From Aulosira sp. ZfuVER01 (GTDB taxonomy: Bacteria > Cyanobacteriota > Cyanobacteriia > Cyanobacteriales > Nostocaceae), in contig JAVRCV020000030.1 in the NCBI GenBank assembly GCA_034530615.2, positions 1 through 64,000 on the forward strand: 64,000 nucleotides of DNA, read 5' to 3'. Below the pieces are notes generated by a model, which saw only the letters and a program-made list of their open reading frames with translations, was not told the origin of the DNA and ran no database searches. The position numbers and the translations under genes are program-made. Positions 63,042-64,000 of the stretch are shown here, piece by piece. The first letter of the stretch is position 1. Every line of letters begins with the position of its first letter.

Positions 63042-63066
63042 GTAGGGGTGGGCATTGCCCACCTAC
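63042..63066. repeat. GTAG-type REP-like palindrome
   Basis: GTAGGGGTGGGCATTGCCCACCTAC, directly after the murA stop codon. Confidence 0.55.
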
Positions 63067-63069
63067 CCA

Positions 63070-64000
63070 CTATGTTGTCATCGACGCTGGCGAGTTGCTG
63101 GGGGTTAGTTCTGCATCTGTCGATGGTTCACCTACACGCAGAATTCTCGCACCCAATTGCTGCAACTTCATATCAAGTTGATCGTAGCCGCGATCGAGGT
63201 GGTGCAATCCCTGAATCGTAGTTGTGCCTTCTGCTGCCAATCCAGCTAAGACTAGGGCTGCGGATGCTCGCAGATCTGTGCCTAATACTGGTGCGCCTGA
63301 TAACATCGGCACTCCACGGACGAAGGCCGCATTGCCTTTGACGCGAATATCTGCCCCCAAGCGATTTAACTCTGAGGCATGACGTAAGCGATTCTCAAAC
63401 ACAGATTCGTTGATCAGGCTGTCACCTTCTGCCAAAGTCAGCAAAGCCATAAATGGCGCTTGCATATCTGTGGGAAAGCCTGGATGGGGTAAGGTTTCAA
63501 TATCTGTGGCTTTCAGGGTTGTCGCTGGTAAAACACGTAAGCAATCTTGAGCTTCCTCAATGATTGTCACGCCAATATCCCGTAACTTGGCAATTACCGG
63601 GATCAAATGCTCTGGGCACACGGATGATAAAGTCAGTTCTGAGCGGGTGATGGCTCCAGCGACTAAAAACGTTCCGGCTTCAATGCGATCGGGAATGATG
63701 TTGTATTCTACCGAATGTAACTTGGGAACCCCAACGATTGTAATCGTACTCGAACCCGCACCTTGAATCTTCGCTCCCATTGCGTTACAGAAATTTGCCA
63801 GATCGACTACTTCTGGTTCCCGTGCAGCATTTTCGATAATCGTTTCGCCATCTGCTAATGTAGCAGCCATCATCAATGTCTCTGTCGCTCCCACGCTGGG
63901 AGTGTCCAGATAAATTTTGGCTCCTTTTAACCTGCCATTGCTACCAGGAACATAGGCATTACAAATGCCATGCTCAATCTGGACTTCGGCTCCCATCGCT
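63070..64000 (-). CDS. murA: UDP-N-acetylglucosamine 1-carboxyvinyltransferase (5' part lies outside the window)
   Basis: [31 protein letters not shown] and HLDRGY. Confidence 0.96.
   Translation of the reverse strand, partial: AMGAEVQIEHGICNAYVPGSNGRLKGAKIYLDTPSVGATETLMMAATLADGETIIENAAREPEVVDLANFCNAMGAKIQGAGSSTITIVGVPKLHSVEYNIIPDRIEAGTFLVAGAITRSELTLSSVCPEHLIPVIAKLRDIGVTIIEEAQDCLRVLPATTLKATDIETLPHPGFPTDMQAPFMALLTLAEGDSLINESVFENRLRHASELNRLGADIRVKGNAAFVRGVPMLSGAPVLGTDLRASAALVLAGLAAEGTTTIQGLHHLDRGYDQLDMKLQQLGARILRVGEPSTDAELTPSNSPASMTT

Noticed and set aside
1829..63766. Many short antisense or nested ORFs in the ORF track (for example 1829-2131, 22289-22594, 31389-31730, 63560-63766)
   Set aside because: They lie within well-supported genes and look like shadow frames.
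1..64000. CRISPR arrays, rRNA genes, transposases, prophage or recognised defence genes
   Set aside because: None were seen in the window.

Overview
A 64-kb chromosomal segment from a cyanobacterium, most likely a heterocyst-forming Nostocales. Support: many HIP1 GCGATCGC octamers, STRR-type repeats, CP12 and a DevBCA-type exporter. From 1 to 31 kb the genes are mostly housekeeping or conserved: SH3 protein, malectin/CBM/Kelch protein, CDF transporter, guaA, cbiD, CP12, FIST protein, trmB, a CblD-like protein, exbBD, tetR-devBCA and a SpoIID protein. This part also holds a tandem pair of stand-alone A-T-TE NRPS-like enzymes built on an oxalyl-CoA-synthetase-like adenylation domain. From 31 to 59 kb is a large minus-strand surface-polysaccharide locus interrupted by tRNA-Gln: wzc, a Wzy/ligase-like gene, about 13 glycosyltransferases, glf with a GlfT2-like gene, two methyltransferases, an acyltransferase, wzm/wzt and a WecB/TagA gene. 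The right end has a small basic ORF, tRNA-Leu, an alpha-hydroxy-acid oxidase, an M48 peptidase and partial murA. The best novel candidate is the 88-codon basic ORF at 59976-60242. It has KGKG motifs and an intrinsic terminator inside its coding sequence, which is the non-stop-mRNA architecture of the ribosome-rescue factors ArfA and BrfA. All calls come from reading motifs by eye; no database searches were run.
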